From: Azolla caroliniana
Taxonomy: Eukaryota; Plantae; Polypodiophyta
Assembly: GCA_043228905.1 (NCBI GenBank)
Contig: JBHGNT010000014.1
Location: 7,626,001-7,690,000, forward strand
Length of the DNA: 64,000 bases
Direction of reading: 5' to 3'
How positions within the stretch are numbered: position 1 is the first letter of the stretch; every line of letters begins with the position of its first letter. Of this stretch, positions 1 through 12,696 are shown one piece after another. The notes beneath the pieces are model-generated. The model searched no databases and was not told the origin of the DNA. It saw nothing but the letters and a program-made list of their open reading frames with translations. Position numbers and translations under genes: made by a program.

Positions 1-303
1 GAAACCATTATAATTAGACCTTACTTCCAAAGAAATGAAAACAATGCTTACTTCATATCTAAGATTGAGAAGGATATCATCGCAAAGTTGCCCAAATAAG
101 GTATGAGGAAAAGAGATAATACAATAATGGAGAATTAGGAAATTCTAAAAGCGCATGTGAAGATGTGCAAGAAAAGGAAGACCTCATTGTTGCAATGGAA
201 TTTGCCTTGTAGATTAACAAGAACTCCAACAACGACCATGCAAACAGGTTAAGCAAATCCCCACTCCAACTATGGGCGAGACCATTGTAGTAACCTTTGT
301 AAC

Positions 304-689
304 TGTAGAAAGTAGCGTGCGGAAGCAGGTATGAAGACAGAACAGAGGAAGGAAACTCAGGTTCAATGGAGAGCTTGGGCTTACACGGTATACGCGGGAG
401 AGACAGAGAGAGTAGACACAAAAAACTATTTCAATAATAATACTCAAGTCTGTACATAAGACGTGCTCAGTGAACACTTTTATACAAATCCTGGAAGGAC
501 TGACCGAAGTACTGATAGTACTTCAATGCTCATTAAGAGCTCCTACACTAACTCCCAAATATATTCCTCACGGAATATCTTTCCTAACGACCTCCCAGTT
601 TACGCACTCGGCCTAACTGATCGGTCCCAACCGATCCGGTCCTCGGCTTCTTCAGCTGATCCGGCCGATGTTGAGCTTGTCTCTCAACA
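304..689 (-). repeat. 3' LTR of copia A
   Basis: Direct repeat of 10467-10852; about 10 substitutions by eye. Confidence 0.97.
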
Positions 690-1912
690 CTCCCCCTCAA
701 GCTCAACTTGAGGCTCTTCGGGATCTTCACAGCGCCGGTTCCTCCTGGCTTCTCGCCTCGCTCGCGCTCCTCGACCTGTTCGACTCCACGCGCTTCGACC
801 CTTCCGGTCGGCTTGTCTGCTCATGCGGCCTTTATCAGCTCTTCTGCTGTTGCGGTGTTGACGCTTCTCCTGCTGCCTTTTCTTCCGCTTGGGCCTCGGT
901 TGATTCAGTGTGTCTGAATCAAACATCCGAACCGACTCGGCTACACCTGATCGGTTTTCGCTCTCGTCCGAGTTGGCTGTCTCCAACTCGTCCTCGGTCT
1001 TCTCGCCTTCGATGGCGTCATCTTCCCCATGCGTGGTTGGCTTCGGCTCTCTCCTTCGGTTGCTCCCCTTCTGTCTGCTTCCGAACTTTTCCGCGGGTCC
1101 GCCCTCGGCTTCTTCAGCCGATCCGATGTCGAACTTGTCAACCGACTCGGTGTCGTGGTGTCCACTCCTTTCCTGCTGCCTTGCTTGGTCGTTCGGGGCT
1201 TTTCTCCCCCTCAAGTTTGGCACGTCGAGGTGACGCAATCCAAGCGCACCTGAGAATTACCGCAACTTGTCCAGACCAAGAGGCTTGGTGAAGATGTCGG
1301 CAGTCTGCCGATCCGTCGGAACGTACTGAAGTTCGACTTCACCGGAAAGGACACGCTCACGGACGAAATGATAGTGCACCTCAATGTGCTTGGTCTGTGC
1401 GTGGAAAACAGGGTTCTTCACGAGTTGGATGCTGCTGAGGTTGTCGTAGTAGATCGTCATTGGATCGGACACCTCCTCTTGCAGTTCCTTAAGTAGCCGC
1501 TTCAACCATATGGCTTCGCATGTCGCGACAGCCGCTCCTCGGTACTCGGCTTCGGTGCTCGACAGTGCAACTGTCGGCTACTTCTTACTGCTCCACGCGA
1601 TCGCGGCACTCCCGAGCGAGAACGCGTATCCAGACGTGGATCGGCGATCGGCAGCGTTGCCAGCCCAATCAGCATCGGTGTAGCCGACTAACTGCGCGGC
1701 TGCACCGGTCCGATATAGCAGTCCCCGGTCCTTAGTGCCGTTGACATACCGAAGTATGCGTTGCGTACACTGAAGGTGCTCCTCGGTAGGTCGCGCAATG
1801 AACTGACTGATCATTCCGATTGGATAACTGAGGTCGGGTCGGGTGATGGTCAAGTATATGAGGCTTCCGACCATTTGGCAGAACCTTGTCGGGTCGCATA
1901 CCTTTCCCGTAT
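684..1912 (-). pseudogene. Copia A pol 3' part: end of RT, RNase H and charged C-terminal extension
   Basis: IYLTITRPDL, GYTDADWAG, TKHIEVHYHFVRE and ADIFTK motifs; in-frame stops. Confidence 0.93.
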
Positions 1913-2675
1913 TGTCGTGTTGTTACGCGCGTGCGTGGAGAAAGGCGGGACCACGGGGGTCTTGGACTAGGGAGCGACGGAGCATAGGAAGTCGCACTTC
2001 ACCGTTTCTGGGGCACCCCTGAAACACACCGGAAGCAGCCGAAGGGAGAGAGGGAGTGAGAGAGCCTGCTTGACACCGACTCACGCGCGCGCACACACAC
2101 ACACACACACGCACACACACGCCCTCTTGTACAGGAAATGTAGGGAAGGAGGGGAGCACCCGACACCAACAAGACGCGAATATACATAGACAAACGCAAA
2201 CATATATGTATATATATATAAGAAGAATACACTCCCGGCTTCGAGCCGGACTGAGGTAGGTTACAGTAGTCGTCTGCTGCCAAGCCGTCGTCGGGGAGCT
2301 CACGGGCTCGTCGCGCCGAGCGGGGTCTTGCGCAGGAGATGAGCTAAAGCCAACCCTAAATGAACACAAAGGGGAAGAAGAAGAAGCAGAAGAAACCTAA
2401 CCCTAAACCTACCGGTATACCCTCTAACGCAAAAATGGGCAACCCTTACACAAAGGGCATTCACTTCCTTTTATAGATCAAGGAAAGGGATGCGTTACAA
2501 TGTGGGACAAATCCCGACTTACATGGGATCGTCTGTCCCGACGTGACTACTCTTGGGCACCATAAAGGCGCCCTCGATATTCACACTAAATGTACATTGG
2601 TGCGTACAGACGCTGCACCCAGCCGATGTAGCCAATGTTCCCGATTTCCGCCTCTGGCCGAAATTCTTCACTACA
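1913..2675 (-). repeat. 3' LTR of element B
   Basis: Direct repeat of 6146-6908; contains (CA)n, (TA)n and telobox-like AACCCTAA motifs. Confidence 0.95.
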
Positions 2676-3719
2676 TCCGCCCCCACCTAACCACACATCC
2701 ACCGGTATGTGCCAAGTCCGGTTGAAGGGTGAGAGATTTCGGCCGGTGAGAAACCGGTCTTCCGTTATCCGCATCCCGGCTCACTGCCGGATTGACCCGT
2801 CGGCTTCGAGTCTGCCTTCTCGCTCACCTCCCCGTAGGCTCGTCGACCCGTCGATGGGTCCTCTGCCGCGATCTCCGTAGTACGCGTAGTTCCGTTGGCC
2901 CTTGTTCGGCCGTATGAACACCCTGCTTCCGTCGTATGCTCGATGTCCTCCGCTTAAGGAATACCCGTGGCAACCCGCTTGGCCTCCGTTGTTGAATCGT
3001 GATGTCCCGATGGTGTTTCACGTCGCCTTCGTCCTTCCGCCGCCACCTTCCTTCTCCATGGTCTTACATTGCCGCGTCGGCTCGATCCGCCATGGTCTCC
3101 GGAACGGTGTGGAGGATCCCTTTCCGGCCTTCTCCGCGCTCGCCTTCCCGCTTCGGCACCTCCGCATGCCACATACCCTCGTCTGTTGTTTGGCGTTGCC
3201 CGTGTTGCACTCCTCGTCGGCCCCTTTCCGGCCAGATCGTGCATCGTTGTTCACCCGCATACCGGTGTCCTTTGCATCCGAGGAACACCCCGTAGTAGCC
3301 CGCTTGCCCGTTCCCGTCTTCGTGCTGCTGCAACAGGTCCTGAGTCTTCCGCTTGCCGTCGTCCCCTCGCCCCCACCAGCTTATCACCCCGGCTTGCCGT
3401 GTCAGTCTTCGTTACTTCGACGGAGCTACCGAGATCCACGAAGCGAGTGCGGAGGATCCTCCTCCGGCCTCTCTTCCCATCCTGGTTCCGACCCTGTGCA
3501 GTCCGCTAGGCACTTGTCACTTCGTTCTTGACACCTCCCTTGTGCCGTCTTCCGCTTCCTTCGTTCAGCCCTGCCCGCGCCAAACACCGTCCCGTAGTCA
3601 CGCTTCGATCCGGCCCGCGATGGCCACTTACGAGACTCTTGTTCTACCCAAGGTGTGCCTTTCCGACCTGACACACCTCTCCGTGTTTGCCCCTACCGGC
3701 TCCTTCCGAACCTCGTGTC

Positions 3720-4015
3720 GTCGGGTCCCGTTCCCTGCCGCCATTGTCCTTCTCCCTCGGTCTCACGTTGCCACGTTGGCCGAACTGCCGGAGCCTCCGG
3801 ATCGGTGTGAGGGTCCCATAGGACCGGACTCCGTTTGTATGCTTGCCGTAAGTCGGGTGTCTTTTGTTTGAGTCCCTCCCGGACTCTCCTCGTGTCTTCC
3901 GCGTAGTCGGGTCCCGTTTCCCGCCGCCACCAACCTTCTCTCTCGGTCTCATGTTGCCACGTTGGCCGAACTGCCGGAGTCTCTGGTTAAGTGTGGGGAT
4001 CCCGTAGGACCGGAC
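3720..4015. repeat. Degenerate duplication, about 186-bp period, inside element B
   Basis: gtcgggtcccgtt...ggaccggac at about 3720 and about 3906. Confidence 0.8.
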
Positions 4016-4030
4016 CTCCTTACGCCCATT

Positions 4031-4250
4031 GCCTTTGTCACCTCGCCGCAACCGTCAGTATCTTGGTCTTACGTCGACCGCGTTGCCGACTGCCGAAGTC
4101 TCCAGAACTGGTGTGATGGATCCTCCGTAGGCCACCCTGCCGTAGCCCCTGCCTTCGTCACCTCGCCGACACCGTCAGTATCTTGGTCTTACGTCGACCG
4201 CGTTGCCGACTGCCGAAGTCTCTAGAACCGGTGTGAAGGATCCTCCGTCG
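4031..4250. repeat. 120-bp tandem repeat inside element B (encodes TPVLETSAVG)
   Basis: ccgtcagtatcttggtcttacgtcgaccgcgttgccgactgccgaagtctc repeated with a 120-bp period. Confidence 0.9.
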
Positions 4251-6123
4251 GCGTTCGTCGCCTTCCTGACCCTGTCCCGGGTCATCCTTTCCCTCATGCC
4301 GAGAGGGAGGTTTACTCCGCATCCTCTCCCGTGGTACCGACGTACCGTGTCTTCGGCCTCTTCGTAGGCCTGCTCTCTTCCTCCCTCCCGGAATGGTCAT
4401 GCGGGAGTCCGCTCCACCCGGTTCTCGTCCGGGTCCGTTCGTCCTTCTCCGGATTGCCGAGTCCTGTTCTCCTGTCGCCACCGTCTTTCGTACAGGACTT
4501 ACGTTGGCACTCGGGCCTGCAGCCGGATCGGTGTAAGGAATCCCATAGGACCGGCTTTCATTCTCTTTCCAAATCTCAACCTTCGCCCGGTCGGTCTTTC
4601 TCCCCATGTAAAAGAGGGCGGCTCGTCCCGCACCCCCTTCCGTATCGGCACTTTCATGCCGACTCCGGCCCCGATCGAACGATCCACGACCGGATTATGC
4701 TCCACCCGTATCGGAATGCCGATCTCCTCGTGCCGCGTCCGCCCTCGGCCTCCTCGCAGGCCGTTTCCCATCCGACTTCGTTGGCATCATGCCAGGACTC
4801 CTCGGTACCGCCATCCATCTCCTCGGTCTGACATGGGCATACGGGCCCGAATGCCGAGTTCTCCGGAATCCGGTCTGTGGGCTTTCGTCCGCTCCTTCCC
4901 CGTATCGTCTCGCCGGTGATTCTTGGCCCTCTGCCGCCGCCTTCCTCCGCTTGGGACTTACGCAGGTATTCGGGCTCGACTGCCATCGTCTCTGGAGCAA
5001 GCGTGGGAAGACACAAAGAATCACCCGCCCGTTTTACGCCCTTGTCTGTAGCCACCGACTCTTCGTGGTCGGCGGTCGTCTTCTTACCGATCGCGCAAGC
5101 CCCGTCTGGGCTTGCTTCTCCAATGACCAGGATCTCGGGCTGACACGCCCGAAACTGCTGGTCCCAACGTTCTGGTTCTGCAATCGGTATCTCGGCCTCG
5201 TCCTTGGCCGTTCTATCTCCGCAAGTCGAGAGGGTGGCTCGTCCCGCGCCCTCTTCCGTGGTACCGACGTACCCTTCTCTTTCGGCCTCCTCATCCTCCG
5301 ATCACCTCCGGCCCGACTCCATAATAAGCCCTTCTTCGGCTTCAATTTTCCCCTCCTCCTCGAGCATCGCTTTGAGCGCTGCGTACGCCTCCGCAGTCCT
5401 GGCCCCAACGCCGACCCTTGCCGACTCTCTTTGTCGTTCGGCCTCTTCCCGCTGTGATGGCACACCGTCGCGTACCTTCCTCTTAGCCTTCTCGGCTCGC
5501 TCGTTGTCTAGCCTTTGGCACACCCTTCCTACCTTCGACCAGTCCTCCGTAAGCCCATTCGCTCCATCATCGTCTTCGAGCTCAATCCCGATGGCTTCCC
5601 GTTCCGCTCGGTCGATCGACCTGACGAACAAAAGGACTTTGTCCGCCCCCACCAAACCTTGTTCCCGCTCTGGGAGCCGAGCAAGTCATCGCTCGAACTC
5701 CCGGAACACCTTCGTCGCACCCCGGTGGGTCTTTGCCGATGCTACCCACTGGTCGAAGTGGTGCCGTACCTAGTTCTTCCGCCATCCTCCGTATGCCTTC
5801 AGGAGCGCCTCTTCGAAGGCCTCCCACGAACCATGAGCTTCACGGAGCTCCATTACTTCCGCTTGCATCCGGACAGCTACGAACCGGCAGAATAACTCCA
5901 GCCTCAACGCCTCGTCTAAGCCACGCTCTTCCATTTCCACGTTGTAGGCTTCCAAGTAAGATGGGACTTTGTCCTCGTTGAAACGGACGACTCTTTCGAC
6001 CACTCGCCCAACCGCTTGTTGCGCTGCTTCTCGCCTCATCACCACTCGTGCCGACTCCAACACCACTTCGGCCACCATCTCCGCAAGGTCGTCGTCATCC
6101 GACTCCATCCTCCCTTGCCGCCC

Positions 6124-6141
6124 TTCACGTCGGGTTCACCA
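6124..6141 (-). promoter_or_regulatory. Primer-binding site, tRNA-Trp (element B)
   Basis: Plus strand TTCACGTCGGGTTCACCA matches the 3' end of plant cytosolic tRNA-Trp; 4 nt from the LTR. Confidence 0.88.
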
Positions 6142-6145
6142 AATA

Positions 6146-6314
6146 TGTCGCGTTGTTACGCGCGTGCGTGGAGAAAGGAGGGACCACGGGGGTCTTGGAC
6201 TAGGGAGCGACGTAGCGTATGAAGTCACAAATCACCGTTTCTGGGGCACCCCTGAAACGCACCGGAAGCAGCCGAAGGGAGAGAGGGAGTGAGAGAGCAT
6301 GCTTGACACCGACT

Positions 6315-6346
<32 letters not shown>

Positions 6347-6908
6347 TGCACACGCCCTCTTGTACAGGAAACGCAGGGAAGGAGGGGAGCACCCGACACC
6401 AACAAGACGCCAATATACACAGACAGACGCAAACGTATATGTATATATATATAAGAAGAATACACTCCCGGCTTCGAGCCGGACTGAGGTAGGTTACAGT
6501 AGTCGTCTGCTGCCAAGCCGCCGTCGGGGAGCTGACGGGCTCGTCGCGCCGAGCGGGGTCTTGCGCAGGAGATGAGCTGAAGCCAACCCTAAATGAACAC
6601 GAAGGGGAAGAAGAAGAAGTAGAAGAAACCTAACCCTAAACCTACCGGTATACCCTCTAATGCAAAAATGGGCAACCCTTACACAAAGGGCGTTCACTTC
6701 CTTTTATAGATCAAGGAAAGGGATGCGTTACAATGTGGGACAAATCCCGACCTACATGGGATCGTCTGTCCCGACTTGACTACTCTTGGGCGCCATAAAG
6801 GCGCCCTCGATATTCACACTAAATGTACATGGGTGCGTACACATGCTGCACCCCGCCGATGTAGCCGATATTCCCGATTTCCGCCTCTGGCCGAAATTCT
6901 TCACGAAA
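6146..6908 (-). repeat. 5' LTR of element B
   Basis: Direct repeat of 1913-2675; terminal CGACA mutated to CGAAA on the plus strand. Confidence 0.95.
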
Positions 6909-6914
6909 CCGTAT

Positions 6915-9900
6915 TGGGACGAAGCTTGATGGTTCAGTCCAGAGGAGTCGAAATGGACTTATAGTCGACCATCCCGAGTTTGAAGAGCATACTCAGCACG
7001 TAATGACGTTGGCTGATCAATATGCCTTCGGGGGTACGGATCACTTCGATCCCAAGGAAGTAATGAAGGTCCCCCAGATCCTTCATGTCGAATGATGCCG
7101 CAAGTTGAAGCTTCACGCGGTCGATTTCACCTAGGTCGGCGCCGGTGATGACCAAGTCATCAACATATAGTAAAATACTAACCGGTCCGAGTCGACCTTT
7201 ACGGATGAACAAGGAAGAGTCCGATTTTGACGTGACGAAGCCCAACCGACGCAGTTGTTGCGTGATCTTCGCGTTCCAGGCACGCGGGGCTTGCTTCAGT
7301 CTGTAAAGGGACTTTTTCAGTCGGCATATTGCCAAGGAGTTCGTTCCAGAGTGAAATCCGAGGGGCTGTACCATGTACACCTGTTCCTCAAGGTCACCTT
7401 GCAGGAACGCATTCTTTATATCCATCTGATGTAAGTGCCACCCCTTTGCCGCAACTACTGCCAGCAAAACATGGACGGTCATCATTTTCGCAACCGGCGC
7501 AAACGTCTCATCGTAGTCGATGCCGCGTTTCTGCGCGTAGCCTTTTGCCACTAGCCGAGCCTTGTACCGGTTGACCGAGCCATCGGTGTTGTACTTGACT
7601 TTGTACAGCCATCTACACCCGATCTTCTTCACACCCTTCGGTGCGTCAACCAGGTCCCAGGTCTCGTTCTCCGCCAATGCGTGCATCTCTTCCTCCATCG
7701 TGGCACGTCAATTCGCGTCTTTAGCCGCTTCTGCGTAGCTCTCCGGCTCACGCACTTCCGCTACACGGGTCATGTACGCATAATGATGCGCCATGTACTC
7801 ATTGTATCCGAACCGCAAAACAGGATTCTTCTGGCGGGTAGATCGGCGTAATCTCACATTAGCCGATGTCGAGGCCTTCTCGGCCGACGCGGTCTTCATC
7901 TTTAAAGACCCGTCACCGGTTCCCTCGGAGTCGGACTCACGTCAGTTTGACTCGTTCCTTTCCGTGCCAGAATCCGACACCTTCTTCTTCCCTTTCTCTT
8001 TGCGTGTAAGCCGTCTCCTCAGCTTCCTGTGCGGGGAATACACGGCCGAGTCTCCACTACTCGCCGACTCTTCATCGGACTGGTCGTACCGACTCAGTCG
8101 TCCAATCGGTCCACATAACCGGAGTGAAATCGGACTCTCTTCGCGGGTCTCGATTTCGGGCTCATCCGGAGGCATCTCGGCCTCGCTGACCTCATCGTTA
8201 GAACTCGTATTGGAGTCGGGGTTCCGAGTCGGGGGTAGGTACCAGGACGCGGACTCGTCAAACACAACGTCGCGGTTGACACGCGCTTGTTTGGTGCGAG
8301 GGTTATAGCACTTATAACCCTTCTGCTCGTCCGAGTAACTGACCAAGATGCATTTCTCGGCCTTTGCGTCCAGCTTCCTCATTTTCTCCTTCGGTATATG
8401 CACATACGCAATGCTACCGAACACCCTCAAGTGTCGCAAGTTCGGCTTCGTTCCGAAATATAGCTCGTGCGCCGACACTTTGTCTCCGATCCGGTTCTGG
8501 ATGTATACCACGGTCCTTACCGCCTTGGCCCAATAGAACTTGGGCAAGCTCTTCTCCGATAGCATTGCCCGTGCCGCTTCCACAACTGACCGATTCTTTC
8601 TCTCGGCCACGCCGTTCTGCTCTGGCGTGTATCTACAACTGAATTCGCGGCGAATTCCCATTTGTTGTAGATAACCGTTGAATTGATCGGAAAAGTACTC
8701 TTTTCCGCGATCCGACCGCAGGCACTTGATCTTTCGTACCGTTTCGGCTTCCACGAAACCTTTGAGGTCCCAGAAACAGTTGAAGACTTCGCTCTTCCTC
8801 TCAATGAGGTAGATCCACGTGTGCCGTGTGTGGTCGTCGATGAAGGAGACGAAATATCGGCTCCCGCCAAGACTAACATTTTGTGTCGGCCCCCATACAT
8901 CGGAGTGTATAAGGTCGAGCTTGTTCCGGCTCCGATTTCGCTCGTTGGGGAAAGGAAGTCGGTGTTGCTTCCCGAGCTGGCAGGCTTCACAAATTTGTGC
9001 CTTTCGGCCACTAAATTTGGGCAATCCGAATACTACCTGTTTCGATTGCAGATCTTGAAGCCGTTGGTGGTTGACGTGGCCTATCCGCTTGTGCCACAAG
9101 TCGATGTCCGACTCGGTCTTTTGTCCCTTCGCGAACATTGCGGTGCCGCCGTCAGTGGAGTCGAGGATGAACATCCTCCCGTCTCTGCGCCCTTGCGCAA
9201 TCACACGTTCATGAGTTTCCCTTTCAGCCCGACATGGCTAAGGGGAACTTCTCCGACATTTGCGATCGGATGCGGAGTGTCGTCTCCTGTTGCGACTACT
9301 CCAGGTTGTATCGGTTTTTCAAGGTACAAGAATCACTCCTTATGGCTCGTCATGTGGTTTGACGCGCCGGAGTCTACGTACCACACCTCGTCCGATCTCG
9401 GGGTGCTCTGTTTCATTGAGTTTGCTTCGTGTCTCGTCACGAAGACAGACCCTTCTCCAGCTTTCCCGGAGTCTTTGGCGTAGTGCGATCGCTGCCGATT
9501 TCCCCTGTGGGTATGTCCGGAGCCGTTTCCGGAACCGGTTCTCTCCGAATCGGCACGCTTCTTCCAGCACTCACTTTCCCCGTGGCCTTTCTTGCCACAG
9601 TACCAGCACTCCGCGATGGCCTTCCCTTGCCGGTTCTCATCGCTTCGACTCCCCCTGTTTCCGGAGGGTCTGGAGTTGCTGTCGGCATCACTTCGGTGCC
9701 TTCTTCCTTGATCTTGTCGGCCGCCTTCATTGCGCCCCGACTCGCCTCGTCCTCCACGTCCACGGGGCCTATCTCCCTCCATGTATAGCATTCTGCTGTC
9801 GGCGTGTGTGCTTGTAGACGCACCCGCGTGGTTCTCCTCTACCAGGAGCATCGACTGTAAGTCGAAAAAGGACGGCGTATTCTCCCGGGTACACACAGTC

Positions 9901-10394
9901 GTTCGGAACGCTCCGAACTTCGACACCAAACCTCCGAGACAGATCTAGACCATCTCGCTCTCCTCGATGTTCACCTCTATGGAGGCGAGGGAGTCGCAGA
10001 TATCCTTGATCTTCGAGGTATAGTCCGCCACCGACAAGTCGCGTTGTTGTAGGTTGCTCAACTCCTGTCGGAGCTGAAGCTTCCTGGCTGTGGTGCTCGC
10101 GGCAAAAATCTTCTTCAGATTTTCCCACGCACCCTTCGGCGTCTTTGCATCCCGAACATAGCTCAATAGTTGTTCGCCCACACACGATGCAAAGCAGTAT
10201 AGTACCCTGCTCGCCGATTGCTCCCACGACGGGAAGTCTCTGTGTGTCGATTCGGGTGCCGCGTCATTAGCTCCTTCGACATAACTCTAGTAACCGTGTC
10301 CGAGCAGGTACTGGTGCATCTTGTTGGACCAAGACGCGTAGTTGGTTCTGTCGAGCTTCTCTGATGGAAGCGAGCTCGCCATGCCTCTATCCAT
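6915..10394 (-). pseudogene. Copia A gag-protease-integrase-RT
   Basis: CWYCGKKGHGESEC zinc knuckle, WYVDSGASNHM protease, WHKRIGH..CEAC, LIHSDVWG, PEQNGVAER, YKARLVAKG, LLYVDDL; several stops. Confidence 0.95.
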
Positions 10395-10454
10395 CGTTCT
10401 TCTTGTTCTACTTCGTCAAGCTGTGTTGGCTGCAGAGAGGTTCTCAACCCTCAC

Positions 10455-10466
10455 GCTCTGATACCA
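10455..10466 (-). promoter_or_regulatory. PBS tRNA-iMet (copia A)
   Basis: TGGTATCAGAGC on the minus strand directly abutting the 5' LTR. Confidence 0.93.
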
Positions 10467-10852
10467 TGTAGAAAGTAGTGTGCGGAAGCAGGTATGAAGA
10501 CAGAACAGAGGAAGGAAACTCAGGTTCAATGGAGAGCTTGGGCTTACACGGTATACGCGGGAGAGACAGAGAGAGTAGACACAAAAAACTATTTCAATAA
10601 TATTACTCAAGTCTGTACATAAGACGTGCTCAGTGAACACTTTTATACAAGTCCTGGAAGGACTTACCGAAGTACTGACAGTACTTCAATGCTCATTAAG
10701 AGCTCCTACACTAACTCCCAAATATATTCCTCACGGAATATCTTTCCTAACGACCTCCCGGTTTACGCACTCGGCCTAACCGATCGGTCCCAACCTATCC
10801 GGTCCTCGACTTCTTCAGCCGATCCGGCCGATGTTGAGCTTGTCTCTCAACA
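10467..10852 (-). repeat. 5' LTR of copia A
   Basis: Direct repeat of 304-689. Confidence 0.97.
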
Positions 10853-10895
10853 GTAACCACAATGAGGATATAACTCATGCTATGGGGAAGCTTTT

Positions 10896-10899
<4 letters not shown>

Positions 10900-10927
<28 letters not shown>
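10900..10927. repeat. (GA)n microsatellite at the LINE 5' boundary
   Basis: About 14 GA units. Confidence 0.95.
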
Positions 10928-10930
<3 letters not shown>

Positions 10931-11029
10931 AGACATGCGTTGGAAAGCCCTCGATTAGAGCTTCGTAACGAGATATAGCAAGTTAAATTTGGTGGTCTGT
11001 ACGAGAAGCAACGATTAAAATAAGGAATA

Positions 11030-12683
11030 TTGTGTTGTTGGCATCCACATACTCAAGACACATTGCAGGTCTTCGATTGTATTCATCATCTTCGACCTCT
11101 TCAATCGGGTGAGTTTGTCTTTCTTGTTCATGGAAAATTGTTTTTATCCCAGATCACTATCACATCAAGAATAATGTATATAAACATGAATTCCTCTCAA
11201 ATTGTGGGGAACATCGATATGGAAACAATTGATAAAAAAAAGAGTAATGTGATGGTTGAATGTAATCATGAAAGGGAAGACATTGGAAGTTCTAAGAGGT
11301 TTAAGGGCATTGAGGAAATTAATGAGAAAAAAGCAACATATGCTGAAGTAATACATGTAGATGAGGTTGACAAGGATAATTGTAATTGGGATACTTTATG
11401 GGGAATTGCCAATACCTTATTGTCTGATATTGTGGAAGAAAATGAAAATGCAACGAAAGAATGCAATGATGTGGATGTTGATGCTAAGGTAGTGTTGCAA
11501 TCTTTTGATGTATTCTATGATCGTGCAGTTATATTGTTTTTTACTGGGAAACTCCCATACATTAATTGGATTAAACAATGGTTGAACACAATCATGTCAC
11601 CAAATTGTGTTGAAAATATATATGCAGGACCGCGAGGGTTTTATGATGTAGTGTTTCGTTCATTGGAACATCGAAGTGCACTGTTGGCTAAAGTTCTAGT
11701 GTTTTTTGATAAACGATTGGTGCATGTAATGCAAAGGTCCCCTGTTGTGGACTGTCATGCTTTGTTGAAACAAGAATGCCCTATTTAGGTAATAGTGGAT
11801 TGTAAGCATGCTTTTTTATGGCCACTTTTACCAGAGTTGATGAGTCAAATGGGTAAAGTGTTGGTATCTCCACATGCAAATGCTAGAAATAAGTGCAGAT
11901 TTTGTGTGTTATGGGATACAAGTCGTAAGAGGACAGGATGGGTGCGTATGAACACACCAGGAATGAAAAGACTTTATTTTAAATTGAAGTAGGAGACATT
12001 TGCAGGTCACTATTTTGGATGTGGTGAATGAAGTCACTTTATGGCGGAATGCCATCGTCATTGTCCTTCAACTACAGAGGTTCCTAATGAAGGGAATGGT
12101 AAGGAAGGAGTTGGGAGAGATGTTGGTGTGTCAGATATGGTGGTTGTTATGGATGAAGGAACATCATGTAGAGCAGGTTATAAAGAGGTTTCACTTCAAG
12201 GTTTGGGCCCTAAGAGTAAGGGAACTCAATCTATGGATATGGAAAAACAAAATTTGGTGGTTATAGATAAGGGGGATAAAACCATTGGATAGAACTAGTA
12301 ATGATGGTGTTGTTGAAAAGGATTGCCATCAGGTTAAGGGCAAGTCGAAGGGTAAATCAATGAATATGCAACGTAATAGTTTGCCCACTACCTGTGAGAC
12401 TACTTGGAAAAGTAATTCAGGAACTAGGGAGGGTCCTCGAAAAGTTCCTTGGCAAAGACAATTTAGGGATAAGGGATTACCCCTTCACCTTCAATTTGAT
12501 CCATTGGGACGAGTTGTAAATTCATCGAATTCTCAAGGTTTTCGTCAAGCGAGAGAACCTAAACAAAAGAGTTCGATATACAACTCTAAGGATGTGGTGC
12601 ATGAAAATCCATATGCAACATTGGAACATGCTTTGACTAGTTTCATGACATCGGTTGCTCTAAAGGAGCAAGTGCACCCATAA
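11030..12683 (+). pseudogene. LINE ORF1 (DUF4283-like region plus degenerate CCHC knuckle)
   Basis: GPRGFYDVVFRS..LVHVMQ segment and YFGCGE*SHFMAEC knuckle near 12010-12055; stops and frameshifts. Confidence 0.7.
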
Positions 12684-12696
12684 CATTGTTGACTAA

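Larger units (their letters stand above)
2714..6108 (-). pseudogene. Gag-like ORF of element B (stops and frameshifts) with repetitive low-complexity tail
   Basis: N-terminus VVRFNEDKVPSYLEAYNVEM...WEAFEEALLKAYG...VGADKVLLFVRSIDRAEREAIGIELEDDDGANGLTEDW aligns with the ORFs of D and F; 3' limit approximate. Confidence 0.8.
1913..6908 (-). mobile_element. Pol-less (gag-only) tRNA-Trp-primed LTR element B
   Basis: 763-bp LTRs 1913-2675 and 6146-6908; TSD CCGTAT (1907-1912 / 6909-6914), removal of which restores the host RT frame; PBS TGGTGAACCCGACGTGAA; no RT/INT motifs seen. Confidence 0.93.
304..10852 (-). mobile_element. Ty1/copia LTR retrotransposon A (full length, decayed, interrupted by element B)
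   Basis: Two 386-bp TG..CA LTRs (304-689, 10467-10852); 5-bp TSD GTAAC (299-303 / 10853-10857); tRNA-iMet PBS; PPT CTTGAGGGGGAG (690-701); gag-PR-INT-RT-RH order on the minus strand. Confidence 0.97.

Noticed and set aside
1-303. Purine-rich flank (continuing at 10858) as a host gene
   Set aside because: No long ORF or recognisable motif
2350-2412. AACCCTAA runs as interstitial telomere
   Set aside because: Only scattered telobox-like copies inside LTRs, not a tandem array
2900-5900. Many overlapping plus-strand ORFs in element B (similarly in D and F)
   Set aside because: Antisense shadows of GC-rich, stop-poor sequence with no recognisable motifs
6124-6141. tRNA-Trp 3'-end matches (also 33841 and 48444) as tRNA genes
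   Set aside because: Only 18 nt, next to LTR ends, with no cloverleaf; these are primer-binding sites
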